A DNA stretch of 64,000 nucleotides from an uncultured Bacilli bacterium (GTDB lineage: Bacteria > Bacillota_I > Bacilli_A > RF39 > UBA660): positions 1,780-65,779 of the forward strand of contig CAKPGL010000002.1 of assembly GCA_934154785.1 (NCBI GenBank). Reading direction: 5' to 3'. Below the pieces are notes generated by a model. The model saw nothing but the letters and a program-made list of their open reading frames with translations, had not been told where the DNA came from and searched no databases. Both the position numbers and the translations under genes were made by a program. Every line of letters starts with the position of its first letter. The stretch's first letter is position 1. Positions 61,553 to 64,000 of the stretch are shown piece after piece.

Positions 61553-61587
61553 AAGAATATGTACGCATTTACATATTCTTTTTTTTA
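61553..61587 (+). terminator. intrinsic terminator
   Basis: AAGAATATGTA (61553-61563) pairs with TACATATTCTT (61570-61580), followed by T7. Confidence 0.65.
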
Positions 61588-61674
61588 TAATCTATGTTAT
61601 AATTAAGAAGATAGGAGGGAGATAGTTAGAGGTATGATTTTTTGATAGACTTATAAAAAATAATGGAGGAATGT

Positions 61675-62589
61675 ATGAAAAAGAAAGAATTATTATATGT
61701 ATTTATTGGTACTATATTAATAGTAGTAAGTAGTATCGGATTATTTTACGGTTTAAACAAACTTGTAGATGATAATAGAAAAGAAACTATAACAAATGAT
61801 ATTTTATTTACAAAAGAAACTTTACCTAGAGTTGATGCTTCTTTAGCAACCCAACCTTTAGTAGATGCTTTTGTTTTAAATTTTACTGGAAAAACAACTA
61901 AAGAAATGGATGTTGCGTACACTAATACTCATCCTGGCTATGTAAAACTAATTAATAATGAAACTGACTTAATTGTAGTTACAGAGCCAAGTAAAGAAGA
62001 ATTAGAACTTGCTAAAGAAAAAGGAATTGAATTAGACGTAACACCAGTTGTTAATGAGGGATTTGTTTTCTTTGTTAATAAAGAAAATCCTGTAAATAGT
62101 GTTTCTCTTGATAATATCAGAAAAATTTATACTGGTGAAATTACTAACTGGAAAGATTTAGGCGGTAATGATGCTAAAATGGTAGTATATCAACGTCCAA
62201 CTAATTCTGGTAGTCAAACAGGCTTGCTTAGCTTAGTTATGAATGGCTTAACTGTAAAGGTTCCAACTTTGCAAGAAAAAATTGAAACGATGTCAGGTAT
62301 CGTTGATGTGGTAGCAGATTATGATAATGGAATTAACGCAATTGGTTATTCTTACTATTATTATGCTAATACTATGTATAAAAATGATAAATTAAAATAC
62401 CTGGCTATAGATGGAGTAGAGCCTAATTATACAACAATTCAAAATGGTACTTATCCAATTAAAACAGCGTACTATATAGTTACACGTAAAGGTGAGAATA
62501 ATGCTGAAACCTTAAAATTAAAAGAGTCTATGTTATCAAAAAGAGGACAACAAGTAGCGAGTGAGGCCGGCTATGTCCCAGTCAAATAA
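61675..62589 (+). CDS. membrane-anchored PstS-like (PBP type II) substrate-binding domain protein
   Basis: N-terminal TM/signal anchor. ...I..I..G.I.NWK.LGG.D..I.VY.R...SGSQ pattern typical of PBP_like_2 domains. No ABC permease or ATPase genes nearby. ATG 61675 follows GGAGGA. Confidence 0.65.
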   Translation: MKKKELLYVFIGTILIVVSSIGLFYGLNKLVDDNRKETITNDILFTKETLPRVDASLATQPLVDAFVLNFTGKTTKEMDVAYTNTHPGYVKLINNETDLIVVTEPSKEELELAKEKGIELDVTPVVNEGFVFFVNKENPVNSVSLDNIRKIYTGEITNWKDLGGNDAKMVVYQRPTNSGSQTGLLSLVMNGLTVKVPTLQEKIETMSGIVDVVADYDNGINAIGYSYYYYANTMYKNDKLKYLAIDGVEPNYTTIQNGTYPIKTAYYIVTRKGENNAETLKLKESMLSKRGQQVASEAGYVPVK

Positions 62590-64000
62590 AAAGAAAATAT
62601 TGATATTTATCTTAATTTGGTTAATTTGTTTATTAATAACTGGTGGGGTTTGGTATTTTCTAAATATTCAAAATAAAAAGGGTAATAACACTTATACACC
62701 AGAATATAAAGATGATAAACCAGAGTTAAGAAAAGATGTACCTGGTATAACAATATTTGATAGATATGATGAAAATGATTTAGTAGTAGAAAAAGTAAAA
62801 GAAAATAAAGTTAATTATTATAAAATTTCTGGTTTAAAAAATAAAGAAATAGAAAATAAAATTAACAAAGAAATTGAAGAAAAATGTAAAAGTTTGTTAA
62901 CTACATCTGGTGAAGTATATTCTTATGTGACTGCTAATTTTGGGAACATTTTATCTGTATCATGTACTGATAAAGGCACTACATATTTTAATTATGATTT
63001 AACGACTGGTAATCAACTTAAACTAGAAGATTTATTTACAAACAATGCTAATATGTATGCTATTTTGGCATCAGCATTTAATAATAGCATATCTTTAGGT
63101 ATTGGATATAAAGAACTATATGATGAAAATTCTAATAGTTTTGATGATAAAAAATATGCTGAAGTAGAAGATAAAGTATTTAAAGTTATTAATGAAATTA
63201 AAGCTGGAAATTACCACTTTTCTATAAATAATAATAGAATAGATGTTAGAGTTGGCGAAGAATATGCAGAAGTAGGGGTAAGCGACTATGCTGAATATTT
63301 AGCTTATTATAATCGTTTTAAGACGGAAGATTCAATTTATGAACAACAAAATATTGGTAAAAAAAACTTATTAGTAACATCATTCTTTTCTTCCGATATG
63401 TATTTACTATATCGCTTTGATGAAATAGGTGATTATGCTTTTATTGATTATGCTGCTCCAGATTGGCAAGCAGGCATATCTTATGATGCGGCTAAAGAAG
63501 TATTTAGTAAATCAGATATAGCAAAAAAAATTAATGAATTAGAGCAACAATTAGATAAGAACAAATTTACTTATATAAATTCAACTATAGATATAGGTTA
63601 TTTTGATGATTATGAAATTTATACTGTTAATACTCTTGAACTTCGTAAGTGTGTATTTAATAAAAATGAGTACTATAACGGTATTAGGGAAGAAATATAT
63701 CGTAGCAAAACTTCTTTTGGTGGTGGCTTCTACAATCCTGGTTATTATGATTCTACCGGGGCAAAATGTACAACGATAGATTTTTCGCCTAACTATTTTA
63801 ATGCGTCACTAAATAAAATATCAAGTGTTCAAGATATATTTAAAAGTGGTGTTAACTATAATGAAGTTTTAAAGGGGTTATATAAAGACTATATAGCTAA
63901 AACATATCCAGAAGTAACTGATGAGTCTTTAATAGATAATATTTTATCTACTCTAACTTATGAACTAAATATTCAACACCATGGAATTTCTATTGTTGGT
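62573..64000 (+). CDS. hypothetical membrane-anchored protein, 3'-truncated by the window end (at least 476 codons)
   Basis: Not in the supplied ORF track. I translated it by hand: ATG 62573 (MSQSNKKKILIFILIWLICLLITGG...) stays open to position 64000 and overlaps the upstream stop by 17 nt. Confidence 0.6.
   Translation, partial: MSQSNKKKILIFILIWLICLLITGGVWYFLNIQNKKGNNTYTPEYKDDKPELRKDVPGITIFDRYDENDLVVEKVKENKVNYYKISGLKNKEIENKINKEIEEKCKSLLTTSGEVYSYVTANFGNILSVSCTDKGTTYFNYDLTTGNQLKLEDLFTNNANMYAILASAFNNSISLGIGYKELYDENSNSFDDKKYAEVEDKVFKVINEIKAGNYHFSINNNRIDVRVGEEYAEVGVSDYAEYLAYYNRFKTEDSIYEQQNIGKKNLLVTSFFSSDMYLLYRFDEIGDYAFIDYAAPDWQAGISYDAAKEVFSKSDIAKKINELEQQLDKNKFTYINSTIDIGYFDDYEIYTVNTLELRKCVFNKNEYYNGIREEIYRSKTSFGGGFYNPGYYDSTGAKCTTIDFSPNYFNASLNKISSVQDIFKSGVNYNEVLKGLYKDYIAKTYPEVTDESLIDNILSTLTYELNIQHHGISIVG

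Noticed and set aside
1-64000. Search for CRISPR arrays, IS elements or transposases, integrases, reverse transcriptases (retron/DGR), prophage blocks and rRNA genes.
   Set aside because: I saw none. There is no array of regularly spaced direct repeats. No transposase, integrase or RT-like ORF is in the six-frame track. The only RNA genes recognised are two tRNAs. The repeats found are intragenic protein-repeat duplications or tRNA-derived relics.

Overview
This window is an AT-rich, Firmicutes-type chromosome segment from an endospore-former. No composition statistics were computed, and all homology calls come from reading the translated ORFs against remembered family motifs.

Almost all genes lie on the + strand. 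The backbone is housekeeping and sporulation blocks with Bacillus/Clostridium-like local synteny:
- yidD and rnc
- a YebC-family regulator and a P-type ATPase
- sepF, divIVA, a T-box leader and ileS
- sigK
- spoIIAA and a sigF-like sigma, then spoVAC/AD/AE
- priA and fmt
- the L20 leader with infC, rpmI and rplT
- spoIVFA-like and spoIVFB, then the L21 leader with rplU, prp, rpmA and obg
- sufU and sufB
- a short ssb
- a class B PBP, mraY and a SEDS protein
- a TrmH-family methyltransferase, rimM and trmD
- ddl
- two tRNAs
- cysK and cysS

Lineage-specific genes for surface, secreted or unknown-function proteins are interspersed. I saw no CRISPR array, IS element, integrase, reverse transcriptase or prophage block.

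The observations most worth follow-up are:
1. An 11-G homopolymer sits inside a 32-codon leader ORF that reads into an intrinsic terminator. It lies upstream of a two-gene surface-protein operon and may be a phase-variable, translation-coupled attenuator.
2. An orphan structured sRNA candidate lies next to it.
3. spoIIAA is followed directly by the sigF-like gene, with no spoIIAB between them.
4. A large tail-fibre-like surface protein is inserted between sigF and spoVA.
5. Ribosomal protein L20 carries a Rho_N/SAP-like C-terminal extension.
6. The tRNA locus is flanked by inverted tRNA-derived relics and lies next to an orphan MvaI/BcnI-like endonuclease gene.
7. One gene is frameshifted at an A5 run.
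8. There are a small eukaryotic-like kinase-fold protein and a Cys-hairpin repeat surface protein.
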